From NCBI GenBank assembly GCA_002293685.1, contig DBDS01000006.1:20187-84186 (forward strand): 64,000 nucleotides of DNA, given 5' to 3'. Below the pieces are notes generated by a model, which had not been told where the DNA came from, did not search any database, and saw only the letters and a program-made list of their open reading frames with translations. The position numbers were made by a program, and so were the translations under genes. This DNA comes from Patescibacteria group bacterium UBA926. Lineage in GTDB: Bacteria; Patescibacteriota; Doudnabacteria; UBA920. Below are positions 24,675-34,992 of this stretch, piece after piece. The stretch's first letter is position 1; each line of letters starts with the position of its first letter.

Positions 24675-26711
24675 ATGAGAGCAATTAAAATGCGTAACAT
24701 TTTAACTAATCGTCGTTTTGGTCTTTTGGGAACAATTTTGGCGGTAGTTGCTGTGAGCTTGGTACTAGCCTTGATCCCTCAAGTTACTGCAGTGAATACA
24801 TCTGCAGATAATTGTACTAACCCACCAACAACCCCAACATTGAACTATTGGCCAATCACTTACGATGATGTGAATACACCAGAATGTCATGACTTCAGAG
24901 CCATCGACGCTGCTGTGTATAATCCAAACGGTTCTCCTGTCTTTTCACAAAGTGAAGCAGATTGGCAGAACGGTTTACAGTTGAATGTAGGCCAAGAAGG
25001 TGTAGCGTTAATTTACGTTCACAATGGTGCTGCAAACAACTTACCATCAAGTCAAACTTTGGCTAAGAATGTGAAGGTAACCACCGCGACTGATACTCGC
25101 GCTGGTAGCACTCACAAATTGTCTGTACGTTTAGCTGGTGACAACACTAATGTTGTTAACGAAAGCTTTACTGTACACACCCCTGCAAACGCTAAATTGG
25201 AAGTAGTTCCAAACAGCGGATTCATGTACGACTACGAAGGTAACTTAGTTTTGGATTCTCAAAACTTGAACCTTGGAAACTCTACATATACATTGGGTGA
25301 CCTTGATGCGTGTTTTGAATACAGCATCTTCCTTACTTACCGATTCAAGGTAGTTGCTGAACAGCCACAACCACAGAACACAAACTTATCTATCACAAAG
25401 AAAGTTCGTAGTCTAGATAAGAACACTGCATTCGCAGATTCTGTGACTGTTGATCAAAACGAACGTGTTCAGTACCAAGTTGTTGTTCGTAACACTGGAA
25501 ACAATGTTGCAAAGACTACAACTATGACCGATAATGGCACTTCTGGTGTTCAAATCGATGCTGGTTCTACAACTGTCGGTATTGCCAATGATGCATTACT
25601 TACTAACGATTTATGGCAGGGAGCGATTCCTGGAACCGTAAATCTTGGCGACCTAGCAGTTGGCGAGCAACGTGTAATTACTTACACAGGTAAAGTTACT
25701 GCTGCAAGCGGAACTTTAGTAAACACTGCAACTGCAATTGCAAGCAATGCTTCCCGGGTTTCTGACACAGCATCTGTAATTGTTCGCACTGTTACTCCTG
25801 GTCATGGAAAACTTGCTATTACTAAGCAAGTGAAGAACCAATCTACTGGCACTAACTTCTCTTCTGAAGTTAACGCTCGTACCGGTGAACGTGTTGTCTT
25901 TAAGATGACTGTTACCAACACTGGAAACGCAACCTTGCACAACGTTCGCCTTACAGATCCTATTCCATCTGGTTTGCAATTTGATGATTCAGTTGCAACT
26001 GAAGGAACTCCTAGTTATAACGCAAACACTTTATCTGTAAACTTTGGTAACTTACCAGCTGGTGCAACTCGCACTGTTGAGTTTGCTGCTAAAGTATTAG
26101 CAACTGGTAACACTCGTATCTGTAACGTTGCAACCGCAACTGCTGATGGGGTTAGCTCCGTTCAAGCGCAGGCTTGTGTTAATGTAATTACAACTCCAAA
26201 GCCTGGCACTCCAAACATTGTTCTTTCTAAGAAAGCATACAATGATACTAAGAAAGTAGATGCAACAACTGTAAACGCTAGTCGTGGTGACACAATTACC
26301 TTTACATTGACAACTACTAACACTGGTACTGCAGACGCTGTTAACTACGTAATCACTGATGATTTATCTCAAGTATTACCACTAGCAGATATCGTTTCTG
26401 CAACAGGTGGTCAAATTAATGGAAATGTTCTTACATATCCTGCAATGACTATCAAACCGGGCGAAACTGTTACTAAACAGTTTACCGTTCGCGTTAAGAC
26501 TTCATTAGCTCCAACTTTGTCTTTCCAAATTAAGAATACTTATGGTAACACTGTTGTTATCAATATTCCTGGAAACATCGTTTATGAAGCTCCTAAGACC
26601 GGTGTAGCCGGTGTTGCTGGCGCTTCTGCTGTAGCTTTCGCTGGTCTTTTGACCGCTGGTGCAGTAGCTGTACGTCGTGGTCGTGATATCCTTAAGTTCA
26701 TTTTCGTTTAA
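24675..26711 (+). CDS. Large secreted cell-surface protein with DUF11/CARDB-like repeats and a C-terminal APKTG sortase-like sorting signal
   Basis: Signal peptide. Thr/Val-rich beta repeats (...VTVTNTGNA...). C-terminal APKTG, a hydrophobic stretch, then RRGRD, the tripartite LPXTG-type architecture. Confidence 0.6.
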   Translation: MRAIKMRNILTNRRFGLLGTILAVVAVSLVLALIPQVTAVNTSADNCTNPPTTPTLNYWPITYDDVNTPECHDFRAIDAAVYNPNGSPVFSQSEADWQNGLQLNVGQEGVALIYVHNGAANNLPSSQTLAKNVKVTTATDTRAGSTHKLSVRLAGDNTNVVNESFTVHTPANAKLEVVPNSGFMYDYEGNLVLDSQNLNLGNSTYTLGDLDACFEYSIFLTYRFKVVAEQPQPQNTNLSITKKVRSLDKNTAFADSVTVDQNERVQYQVVVRNTGNNVAKTTTMTDNGTSGVQIDAGSTTVGIANDALLTNDLWQGAIPGTVNLGDLAVGEQRVITYTGKVTAASGTLVNTATAIASNASRVSDTASVIVRTVTPGHGKLAITKQVKNQSTGTNFSSEVNARTGERVVFKMTVTNTGNATLHNVRLTDPIPSGLQFDDSVATEGTPSYNANTLSVNFGNLPAGATRTVEFAAKVLATGNTRICNVATATADGVSSVQAQACVNVITTPKPGTPNIVLSKKAYNDTKKVDATTVNASRGDTITFTLTTTNTGTADAVNYVITDDLSQVLPLADIVSATGGQINGNVLTYPAMTIKPGETVTKQFTVRVKTSLAPTLSFQIKNTYGNTVVINIPGNIVYEAPKTGVAGVAGASAVAFAGLLTAGAVAVRRGRDILKFIFV

Positions 26712-26731
26712 TCGAAACTGAACAAGTTATC

Positions 26732-26766
26732 AAAAAAACACCCCTCAAGAGAGGGGTGTTTTTTGT
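26732..26766. terminator. Bidirectional rho-independent terminator (ACACCCCTC-aaga-GAGGGGTGT with flanking A and T runs)
   Basis: Lies between convergent genes. Confidence 0.65.
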
Positions 26767-26767
26767 A

Positions 26768-28204
26768 TTAGTAGTTATCTGTTGGTTTCTTTTCCCAGAA
26801 AAGAATGAGTAAGCTTTTCACTAGTACTTGCATATCAAGAAGTAGGCTCCAGTTTTCGATGTAGTAAGTATCGAGACGAACTTCTTCATCAAAGGGAAGT
26901 GTCGGCCATGAAAACTGGGCAATCTGAGTGAAGCCAAATATGCCTGGTTTGATAGTTAGAATTCTCCCATTGCTCGAACGGTATTGCTCGACTTCATCAG
27001 GAAGATGGGGTCTTGGTCCAACCATACTCATATCACCGATGAATACATTCCAGAACTGAGGGATTTCATCAAGTTTAGTTCGGCGCAGGAATCGACCAAT
27101 TTTTGTAACTCTAGGATCCTCTTTTATTTTAGTTAGAGGTCCGCGTTTGTTTTCCTCTGAAGCTTTCATTAATTCTAGATACAGAGCCCGCGCTTCATCC
27201 TTACCATATTTATCACCAACACTGAGATGGGTGTACATACTTCTAAGCTTGAAAAATTTAAATTTTTTTCTTTGCGCACCACACCGTTCGGCGCTGTAAA
27301 TCACAGGGCCTTTACTGTCTAGTTTTATCGCAATCGCCAAAATTAGAAACAGTGGAGAGGTGATAATCAAACAAATAAAACTGATGATTATATCGGAAAT
27401 TCTTTTGATTAGCTTACCCCAACCGTCGAGTGGGGTATTCTTCAATCCGATAATTGGAATACCTTGCAAGTTGTTTAATTCAATAATGTTTCGTTGTACT
27501 TCAAATAAATTTGGGACAAAAGAGAATTGCAAACCATTTTGTCTTGCAAAAGCAACAAGGGTTAGATTATCTTCCGCAGAAGTATTGTGATTAGTTTGAA
27601 CTATTTCATCGAAAGGTTGTTTCTGGTACGCAGTTTCAAGTTCAGCTAATAGATTTGGATTATTATGTAGCTCTGCCACAACTTCGTAACCAAATTTGTG
27701 GTTGCGCAAAATTGATTGAATAAACTCTGCTTCTGTTCCGGAACCATTAATTAATGCCAGTCTGTGCAAGCCATAACCTTTAGCAAAGAGTGCTTGCTGA
27801 ATTGATTTTAAAATTAATCGACCGAATAAAACCAGCGCAATACTGATCAACCACACGGCTAAAATAATAAAACGAGAAGGAAAAATCGACTGATCGAAGA
27901 AGAACAAAACAACAGTGATGAAAGCAGCGAGAGTTAAACCTATAGTAACTCGATTAAACTCGAACAAGAATTTACGAGTTCCGCGCAATGAGTACAATCC
28001 AAGCAAAGCAAAAATTAGTAATACAATCGGTATTACTTTTATAAGAATTAGGATAAATTCTGGAAGGGCTAATTCGAATAGAATTGGACCAACCAAGTTG
28101 TCTGATTCGTAGCGGATTTGGTAGGCGATAATTCCCGCGCCAAGTAAGGCGAGTGCGTCTACGGGAATGGAAATCAGGTTAAATAGTAATTCAGTTTTTT
28201 TCAT
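26768..28204 (-). CDS. Undecaprenyl-phosphate sugar phosphotransferase (WbaP/exopolysaccharide priming glycosyltransferase)
   Basis: Multi-TM N-terminus and a bacterial sugar transferase C-terminal domain (KRISDIIISFICL...DEIPQFWNVFIGDMSMVGPRP). Confidence 0.85.
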   Translation of the reverse strand: MKKTELLFNLISIPVDALALLGAGIIAYQIRYESDNLVGPILFELALPEFILILIKVIPIVLLIFALLGLYSLRGTRKFLFEFNRVTIGLTLAAFITVVLFFFDQSIFPSRFIILAVWLISIALVLFGRLILKSIQQALFAKGYGLHRLALINGSGTEAEFIQSILRNHKFGYEVVAELHNNPNLLAELETAYQKQPFDEIVQTNHNTSAEDNLTLVAFARQNGLQFSFVPNLFEVQRNIIELNNLQGIPIIGLKNTPLDGWGKLIKRISDIIISFICLIITSPLFLILAIAIKLDSKGPVIYSAERCGAQRKKFKFFKLRSMYTHLSVGDKYGKDEARALYLELMKASEENKRGPLTKIKEDPRVTKIGRFLRRTKLDEIPQFWNVFIGDMSMVGPRPHLPDEVEQYRSSNGRILTIKPGIFGFTQIAQFSWPTLPFDEEVRLDTYYIENWSLLLDMQVLVKSLLILFWEKKPTDNY

Positions 28205-28315
28205 AATATCAGGGTAATTATATCATTTTGTTGGGCACCACGCCATAATCGTCAGAGCCCTAAACTTATGGTATAATTGCACAGATTAAAGGGATTTTTA
28301 ATATATTTTTGAAGT

Positions 28316-29347
28316 ATGAATAAGACAGCAGTGTTATTTGGTGGCGGCGGATTTATCGGTTCGTATCTCGCAGTTGAGTTATTAAAAAACAATTTAGTTG
28401 ATGAAGTCTTGTTGGCAGATATGAGTTTTCAGGAATATCAATGGCCTAGAGAATTGCATAAGTTACGCTCCGAAGGTCGAGTTGCGACAGTCACATTTGA
28501 TGTTCGAAGAAAAGAAGATTTCACTTACCTCACAGTTAAACCAGAAATTATTGTAAATCTGGCCGCGGTTCATCGCGAGCCTGGACATGCTGAACATGAA
28601 TATTACGATACAAACATTCCTGGTGCAGAAAATATTTGCGAGTGGGCGGAACAAGTAAGTTGTTCTAACATTATCTTTACTAGCAGTATCGCTGTGTATG
28701 GAGCGAATGATTCCGCCAATCCCGAACCTAAGACAGAGCAGACACCAACTAAACCAAATTCTCCTTATGGAATTTCAAAGTTGAAGGCTGAAGAAATTCA
28801 CAAAGCTTGGCAAGAAAAAAATTCGGAGCGAAAACTTTTAATAGTTCGTCCGGGTGTAATTTTTGGCGCAGGTGAAAACGGAAATGTAACACGTATGCTA
28901 AAAGCTTTGAAGCGTGGTTACTTTGTATTTGCTGGCAACAAAGACACAGCTAAAGCCGGCGGATATGTGAAGGAGTTATGTCGCTCAATGGTGTGGATGT
29001 GGCAACGGCAATTACAAAATAATTCAGCGCAAGAATTATATAATTTCACAGTTGAACCAACTCCGACAGTAGGACAATATGTAACAGCTATAAATAAAGT
29101 TTTGGGGAAACCCTCAAGAACAATTAATTTACCATATGGACTGTTAATGTTTGGTGCTCAGGTTATTCAGAGGCTTTCTAGTATTGTCGGGCGAACAGCT
29201 GGAATCAATCCAGCGCGAATTCGTAAACTTCGTCGGTCGAATTATATCGTGGCTGAGGTACTACAGAAAGCAGGTTACAAGTATCATTATGACTTAGATT
29301 CAGCTATGCGTGATTGGCAAAACGAACGACCGCAAGACTGGAATTAG
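28316..29347 (+). CDS. NAD-dependent epimerase/dehydratase (extended SDR)
   Basis: Rossmann GGGGFIGS motif and a YxxxK region (PYGISK). Confidence 0.8.
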   Translation: MNKTAVLFGGGGFIGSYLAVELLKNNLVDEVLLADMSFQEYQWPRELHKLRSEGRVATVTFDVRRKEDFTYLTVKPEIIVNLAAVHREPGHAEHEYYDTNIPGAENICEWAEQVSCSNIIFTSSIAVYGANDSANPEPKTEQTPTKPNSPYGISKLKAEEIHKAWQEKNSERKLLIVRPGVIFGAGENGNVTRMLKALKRGYFVFAGNKDTAKAGGYVKELCRSMVWMWQRQLQNNSAQELYNFTVEPTPTVGQYVTAINKVLGKPSRTINLPYGLLMFGAQVIQRLSSIVGRTAGINPARIRKLRRSNYIVAEVLQKAGYKYHYDLDSAMRDWQNERPQDWN

Positions 29348-29356
29348 TATCAATTT

Positions 29357-29425
29357 AATCCACCTTCTCGGTGGATTTCTTTGTGGATTTCTTGTGATTA
29401 GTCTGTGGATTGCCTGTGGATTTTT
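29357..29425 (+). promoter_or_regulatory. Hairpin (AATCCACC-ttctc-GGTGGATT) followed by four or five direct TGTGGATT boxes ahead of a TATACT -10 box; candidate regulator-binding array
   Basis: Boxes at 29371, 29383, 29404 and 29415, with a degenerate copy at 29394. Seen directly in the sequence. Confidence 0.35.
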
Positions 29426-29478
29426 TTCTCAAAATAGTATATACTTTTGCCACAAGAAAAATTTGGAGGATAACACTA

Positions 29479-30186
29479 GTGAACATCAATTCTACGGACA
29501 AGGTAGTTAAGAAGAAGGTTAGCCATAATCCTGGAGTAGCTGAAGCCGGTATAATCTTGGAGTTTATCGAAGGTTCTTTGTTTCTTATCAACAAGAAAAA
29601 GCGCTTCGATATTTACCCGCCGTCACCGGCTTGGTTAAAGAGATCTCATAATCTTGCAAAAAGAATCGAGGAATTTAGTAAATTTTCAGAATCAATTCCG
29701 GCAGAACGTTTCGAGGGACCTTGGATTAAGCATGTGGGTGGGATGAGCGCAGCTCATCATAATTCCAATGGCGATATTCACCTCTATCAAATTGATGACG
29801 GTCTGCTGTCGAAGTCTTTACCTCCAGTTGGTACGGACGAAAACCAACTTACTTACAAGGATCGTTCACGATTCTTTTGTAATCGAGTTTTTGGCTTAGA
29901 TATTAGGGGACAACGTTTAAAGAGCAGGATTCATTTTCACGCTTTCAGCTTAGAAGATGTCATCACAGAGTCCTTGAAAGTTGAGGGGCAAAGTGTGATG
30001 CTAGCAATTCGCAATTTAATCGCAGCAGACCACGGTCCTGATGGAAACTACATTAAGCGCTCGACTTTAAAATTTTTTAGTCACCGTTCTCGTTGTCCGG
30101 ATGGTGTGCCAATGAGTCAGCATCTCAATCTGGTGATGAATAAGCCAAGCTGGTTTCAACAACAAGTGTCTTTATGGCAACGTTGA
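29479..30186 (+). CDS. Hypothetical protein (GTG start with GGAGGA SD; the ORF-track upstream Met lies inside the promoter)
   Basis: GGAGGA sits 8 nt upstream of an in-frame GTG at 29479. The upstream part of the long ORF overlaps the repeat and promoter region. Confidence 0.45.
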   Translation: MNINSTDKVVKKKVSHNPGVAEAGIILEFIEGSLFLINKKKRFDIYPPSPAWLKRSHNLAKRIEEFSKFSESIPAERFEGPWIKHVGGMSAAHHNSNGDIHLYQIDDGLLSKSLPPVGTDENQLTYKDRSRFFCNRVFGLDIRGQRLKSRIHFHAFSLEDVITESLKVEGQSVMLAIRNLIAADHGPDGNYIKRSTLKFFSHRSRCPDGVPMSQHLNLVMNKPSWFQQQVSLWQR

Positions 30187-30261
30187 GCCGTTTGCAACTA
30201 ATTTTTAGCTGTCTTCTAAGGCAGCTTTTTTGTTGCCAAAAACCTCAATTTTTGATAATAT

Positions 30262-31173
30262 ATGCTAGTTAATATGACAAATTTCGAAATAATTTTATTT
30301 TATAAATATGTACTTATAGAGAACCCAGCTGAGTTGATGCTTCATCAAAAAGAGCTTCAACAGCGCCTTGGTTTGAAAGGTAGAACTATCATTGCCACTG
30401 AGGGGATAAATGCCACCTTAGAGGGTACTACAGAGGCAATTGATGAGTATTTAAAGGATTACCTAGCTGACCCTCGTTTTTCTGATACCCATATAAAACG
30501 TGGTTCAGGAACTGGTCAGGCTTTCCCACGAACTTCAGTGAAAGTACGCTCAGAAATCGTGGCACTTGGTTTGGATAAATCTTGCGACATCGACCCGAAT
30601 CAAGTTACGGGAAAACGCTTGGCTCCAGAAGATTTGCACCAGTGGATTGGTGAAGGTCGTGAGTTATATATCGTTGACATGCGTAACGCGTACGAACATT
30701 TAGTTGGTTACTTTGAAGGTTCAATTTTACCGCCGATGACCAACTTTCGTGATTTACCAAAGTTCGTTGATTCAATTAGTCACCTTAAGGACAAAACAGT
30801 CGTTACAGTTTGTACTGGCGGGGTGCGTTGTGAGAAAGCTTCAGGCTATTTGGTATCACAAGGATTCTCTGATGTATATCAGCTTGATGGTGGAATTGTT
30901 TCTTACATGGAAAAATTCCCCAACGAAGATTTTCTAGGCAAGTTATATGTGTTCGACAATAGGATCGCAATAGGATTTTTCACCGATGATCCTAAGCATA
31001 GAGTCGTTGGGAAATGTGTATTCTGTAAAGAATCAAGCGAGCGCTACACAAATTGTTTAGTGAATGATTGTAACCGTAAGTTTATTGCTTGCGAAGACTG
31101 TCAGCAAAAGTTAGGCGAGAACTTTATTTGTCCGGCAGAACTTGGTTGTAAAGAAAAAACTCGCGTAAGTTAG
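30262..31173 (+). CDS. trhO: Rhodanese-domain tRNA uridine(34) hydroxylase TrhO (YceA/UPF0176)
   Basis: N-terminal UPF0176 pattern (ILFYKYVLIENPAE...GRTIIATEGINATLEG). Rhodanese active-site Cys (VCTGGVRCEKASGYL). C-terminal Cys cluster. Confidence 0.75.
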   Translation: MLVNMTNFEIILFYKYVLIENPAELMLHQKELQQRLGLKGRTIIATEGINATLEGTTEAIDEYLKDYLADPRFSDTHIKRGSGTGQAFPRTSVKVRSEIVALGLDKSCDIDPNQVTGKRLAPEDLHQWIGEGRELYIVDMRNAYEHLVGYFEGSILPPMTNFRDLPKFVDSISHLKDKTVVTVCTGGVRCEKASGYLVSQGFSDVYQLDGGIVSYMEKFPNEDFLGKLYVFDNRIAIGFFTDDPKHRVVGKCVFCKESSERYTNCLVNDCNRKFIACEDCQQKLGENFICPAELGCKEKTRVS

Positions 31174-31197
31174 AAATTAAAATATTCAAATTAATTT

Positions 31198-32157
31198 ATG
31201 TCCGAAAATAATGCCATTGTTATTGAGGGCCTCACGAAGTCTTATAAAGACGTAGAGGTTCTCAAAGGTATTGATTTAAAAGTGGAGCGCGGTACCATGT
31301 TGGCTTTACTTGGCCCAAACGGAGCTGGTAAAACCACAATTGTTCGTATCCTGAGCACGCTCTTAAAATATGATTCAGGAAAAGTAACTGTTCATGGTTA
31401 CGATGTGAAAGACCAGGCTCATGAAGTGCGTCAGAATATTGGTCTAACTAGTCAGTATGCAGCGTTAGATGAGTTTCTAACTGGTATGGATAATTTAGTA
31501 ATGATGGGTCGATTGTTTCATCTTAGTAAGGAAGACGCCAATAAACGTGCTCATGAATTACTAGAACAGTTTGATTTAGTCGATGCGGCTAACCGCCCAG
31601 TGAAAACTTATTCTGGGGGTATGCGTCGTCGTTTAGATTTGGCAGTGAGCTTAATTCCAACACCTCCTGTAATTTTCTTGGACGAACCAACAACTGGTCT
31701 CGATCCACGAAGTCGTTTGGCAATGTGGAATGTGATTAAGAAGCTTGTTGAAGCAGACGTTACAATTTTGCTTACCACTCAATATTTAGAAGAAGCTGAT
31801 CAGTTGGCCGATAAAATTGCAGTCATTGATAACGGAAAAGTTATTGCCGAAGGAACCTCTGATGAATTAAAGAGTAAAGTTGGTAACGAACGTTTAGAGC
31901 TGGTAATTAAGGACTCCGAGAACTTTGCTCGAGCAGTTTCTGTTTTGGCGAATTATAAGTTTATTAAGAACGACGAAGAACGAACTATCAACATTACTAT
32001 TGATAGCGGGGTTCAAGAGATTGCAAAGATTTTGTCTCTCATTGAACAAAATAGCGTTCAGATTGAATCATTGTCTCTTCATAAGCCAACACTAGATGAT
32101 GTGTTTTTGCAGTTAACAGGCCATGAAGCCGAAGACAAGAAAGTAGAGGATAAATAA
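31198..32157 (+). CDS. ABC transporter ATP-binding protein (DrrA-like)
   Basis: Walker A GPNGAGKTT, signature YSGGMRRRL, Walker B IFLDEPTTGLD. Confidence 0.85.
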   Translation: MSENNAIVIEGLTKSYKDVEVLKGIDLKVERGTMLALLGPNGAGKTTIVRILSTLLKYDSGKVTVHGYDVKDQAHEVRQNIGLTSQYAALDEFLTGMDNLVMMGRLFHLSKEDANKRAHELLEQFDLVDAANRPVKTYSGGMRRRLDLAVSLIPTPPVIFLDEPTTGLDPRSRLAMWNVIKKLVEADVTILLTTQYLEEADQLADKIAVIDNGKVIAEGTSDELKSKVGNERLELVIKDSENFARAVSVLANYKFIKNDEERTINITIDSGVQEIAKILSLIEQNSVQIESLSLHKPTLDDVFLQLTGHEAEDKKVEDK

Positions 32158-32158
32158 C

Positions 32159-32977
32159 ATGGAAGAAACAAAAATGGTTGGGTTGTATCAACCCCAACAA
32201 CACTCAAAACTTTATTGGATTTTTAGTGACTCACTAACATTCATCAAGCGTAGCTTAAAACTGATCTTCCGAAACCCGGATCAATTAATCGGATTGATCG
32301 TTCAACCGATCATGTTCATGCTTTTGTTTCGCTATGTATTTGGTGGAGCAATTGACACTGGCGGTCCAAGTTACGTTAACTTTTTGGTAGCTGGAATTTT
32401 GGTTCAGATGGCAGCGTTTGGTGCTCTGACAACATCTTACTCAGTGACCTACGACATGCAAAAGGGAATAATCGACAGATTAAAGTCTTTCCCAATTGCT
32501 AGTTGGACAGTACTAACAGGACACGTTGTTTCCGATTTATTCCGTAACTTTATTTCTTCGCTGATTTTGTTGGCGGTCGCATTCCTTGTGGGTTTTCAGC
32601 CAACAGCTTCACTTTCTGATTGGGTATTAGTTGCTTTAATTGTGATGTTGTTTACATTCGCAATCTCATGGTTATCAGCTGTACTTGGCTTATTAGCTAA
32701 ATCAATCGAAGCGGTGCAGTGGATGGGATTCTTGCTTGTCTTCCCGTTAACGTTTGCTAGTGCAGCTTTTGCGCCAACAGAAAGCATGGCAACTGGTCTT
32801 CGCATCTTTGCACAGAATCAGCCAGTCACTCATGTGATCGAAGCGATTCGCGCGTTGATGATCGGAACACCAATTGGTAATCACGGTATCATGGCAGTGA
32901 TATGGTGTGTGGCAATTATTCTAGTTGCGATTCCACTCTGTGCGTATTTGTTCAACAGACAAGTCTCAAAATCATAG
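32159..32977 (+). CDS. ABC-2 type transporter permease
   Basis: Six TM helices, 1-nt gap after the ATPase gene. Confidence 0.8.
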   Translation: MEETKMVGLYQPQQHSKLYWIFSDSLTFIKRSLKLIFRNPDQLIGLIVQPIMFMLLFRYVFGGAIDTGGPSYVNFLVAGILVQMAAFGALTTSYSVTYDMQKGIIDRLKSFPIASWTVLTGHVVSDLFRNFISSLILLAVAFLVGFQPTASLSDWVLVALIVMLFTFAISWLSAVLGLLAKSIEAVQWMGFLLVFPLTFASAAFAPTESMATGLRIFAQNQPVTHVIEAIRALMIGTPIGNHGIMAVIWCVAIILVAIPLCAYLFNRQVSKS

Positions 32978-33090
32978 ATTAAATGAGCCCTGCGGAACGC
33001 GGGGCTTTTGAATTTCCCTGTACAAATCCTTAAAAAAGTGTTAGTATTGATGAAATAACAACCCGCACTAGCGGGTGTATTTTTTCGCTT

Positions 33091-34569
33091 ATGGCAGATA
33101 CAACAATACTTCGATTCTCTGAAGTTACATTTGAATACGGTGTTAACAAGCGCGTTTTGGACGAAGCGAGTTTTTCGGTTCGTTCTGGAAGTCGCATTAC
33201 TTTGATGGGACAAAACGGTGCAGGAAAAAGCTCTTTGTTTAAACTAATCACTGGTGAGTTAAAACCAACTGAAGGTTCAATCCACATCACCCCGAAAGAT
33301 GCAACTATTGCTATCGCAAGACAGGTAATGCCTCAGGAGATGTTCGAATTATCAGTACATGATTATTTCGCAACCGCTTTCACAGAAAAAACTTACAACT
33401 TAGATAAGTTAATTGTTGATGTGTTGGAAGTTGTTCATTTGGAATTACCAAAGGAACAATTTACTGAAAAAAAGATTAAGTTCTTTTCAGGTGGACAACA
33501 AGCGCGATTGTTACTTGCTCATGCACTAATTCAGAATCCAGATTTACTTTTGCTCGACGAACCTACTAATAATTTAGACAAACAAGGCATCGAACACTTA
33601 ACAGGTTTCTTGATGATGTATGAAAAAACTTGTTTAGTAATTTCTCATGATGCGGATTTTCTTAACGCATTTTCTGATGGGGTTTTGTATTTAGATGTAT
33701 ACACTCACCAAGTCGAACAATACTCCGGAAACTACTACGACGTAGTTGAGGAAATTAAGAACCGAATTGAACGCGAGAATCAACAGAACGCTCGTATGCA
33801 GATGCAAATTAAAGAGAAGCGCAGTCAAGCGGAAGTATTCGCCCATAAAGGTGGAAAGCTCCGTGCGGTTGCAAAGCGTATGCGTGACGCTGCAGAGGAA
33901 GCGGAAGAAAACATTGTAAGTGTTCGCCAAGAAGATAAGACTATTCGTGAATTCAAAATCCCTGTTCAAAAGTTCGATCCATTTTTCGATGGTAAGATTT
34001 TAAGCTTTAACTCAATTTCTGCTTATCAAAATGGGGAATTGGTCATCAAAAAATTTGAGGAAGTTATTAGAAAAAATACCCATGTTTTAATTTCCGGTCC
34101 AAACGGTATTGGTAAAAGTACTTTACTTGAAAGATTAGTGGCAGGCTCAGGTGAAGGTTTTCAAGTCGCTCCAGAAATGACTGTTGGGTATTACAAGCAA
34201 GATTTTACTAACTTTGATTTTAAGCAAACTGGCTTTGATGCTCTTAAAGAGGTCATGAACGAATTTGATGAACACGTCTTGCGTTCAACTGCCGCTGGGT
34301 TTTTACTTGATGGAAAATTACTTGGTAATCCAATTGAATCTTTATCTGAAGGTCAAAAAGGACTACTCGCTTTCTGTCGATTGATGCTCCAAAAACCAGG
34401 ACTATTAATTTTAGATGAACCTACTAACCATATTAATTTCCGTCATTTGCCTGTCATCGCTAAAGCATTGGATGAGTACGAAGGTGCTATGATTATGGTT
34501 TCTCACGTTCCGGATTTTGTTTCTCAGATTCGCATCGACAAAGTAATTGAATTAGATAACTTAAAATAA
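33091..34569 (+). CDS. ABC-F family ATPase (tandem ABC domains)
   Basis: Two Walker A motifs (GQNGAGKSS; GPNGIGKST), two signature motifs (FSGGQQARL; LSEGQKGLL), and an inter-domain linker. Confidence 0.85.
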   Translation: MADTTILRFSEVTFEYGVNKRVLDEASFSVRSGSRITLMGQNGAGKSSLFKLITGELKPTEGSIHITPKDATIAIARQVMPQEMFELSVHDYFATAFTEKTYNLDKLIVDVLEVVHLELPKEQFTEKKIKFFSGGQQARLLLAHALIQNPDLLLLDEPTNNLDKQGIEHLTGFLMMYEKTCLVISHDADFLNAFSDGVLYLDVYTHQVEQYSGNYYDVVEEIKNRIERENQQNARMQMQIKEKRSQAEVFAHKGGKLRAVAKRMRDAAEEAEENIVSVRQEDKTIREFKIPVQKFDPFFDGKILSFNSISAYQNGELVIKKFEEVIRKNTHVLISGPNGIGKSTLLERLVAGSGEGFQVAPEMTVGYYKQDFTNFDFKQTGFDALKEVMNEFDEHVLRSTAAGFLLDGKLLGNPIESLSEGQKGLLAFCRLMLQKPGLLILDEPTNHINFRHLPVIAKALDEYEGAMIMVSHVPDFVSQIRIDKVIELDNLK

Positions 34570-34573
34570 TACC

Positions 34574-34816
34574 GTGTACTATTTTTATATCCTACAATGC
34601 AAAGACAATTCGTTGTACTGTGGGTATACCACAGACTTAAAACAGAGAGAGCAGGAGCATAATCTTGGACTAGGCTCAAAATATGTTCGCTCTAAAGGCG
34701 GAGGAAAAATAGTCTACAGTGAAAAATTTAAATCTCGCTCCGAAGCTTTAAAACGCGAAGCCTTAATTAAGACTTGGACAAGACAGAAAAAATTACAACT
34801 TCTGGTAACGAAATAA
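34574..34816 (+). CDS. GIY-YIG nuclease-domain protein (UPF0213/YhbQ-like)
   Basis: MYYFYILQCKDNSLYCGYTTDLKQREQEHN matches the GIY-YIG motif. Confidence 0.7.
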   Translation: MYYFYILQCKDNSLYCGYTTDLKQREQEHNLGLGSKYVRSKGGGKIVYSEKFKSRSEALKREALIKTWTRQKKLQLLVTK

Positions 34817-34846
34817 AAAAGAAGTAGCTAGCTACTTCTTTTTGTC
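34817..34846. terminator. Bidirectional palindromic terminator (AAAAAGAAGTAGC/TAGCTACTTCTTTTT)
   Basis: Perfect palindrome flanked by A and T runs. Confidence 0.6.
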
Positions 34847-34992
34847 TTTTTTAGGTTTCTTTTTTTCTTTCTTCTGAGCGTTATTACCTTTAGCCATATT
34901 TTGTAAAGTTAATTCTACATATAGTTTATCAAGTTTTTACAATTTATTCAATCTCAACCAGCTTCGTGGTATAATGCATATAAGAGCTCCTT

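Noticed and set aside
29410-29478. Upstream ATG start (29410) for the 29410-30186 ORF
   Set aside because: That portion overlaps the TGTGGATT repeat array and the -10 box. An in-frame GTG with a GGAGGA SD at 29479 is a much better start.
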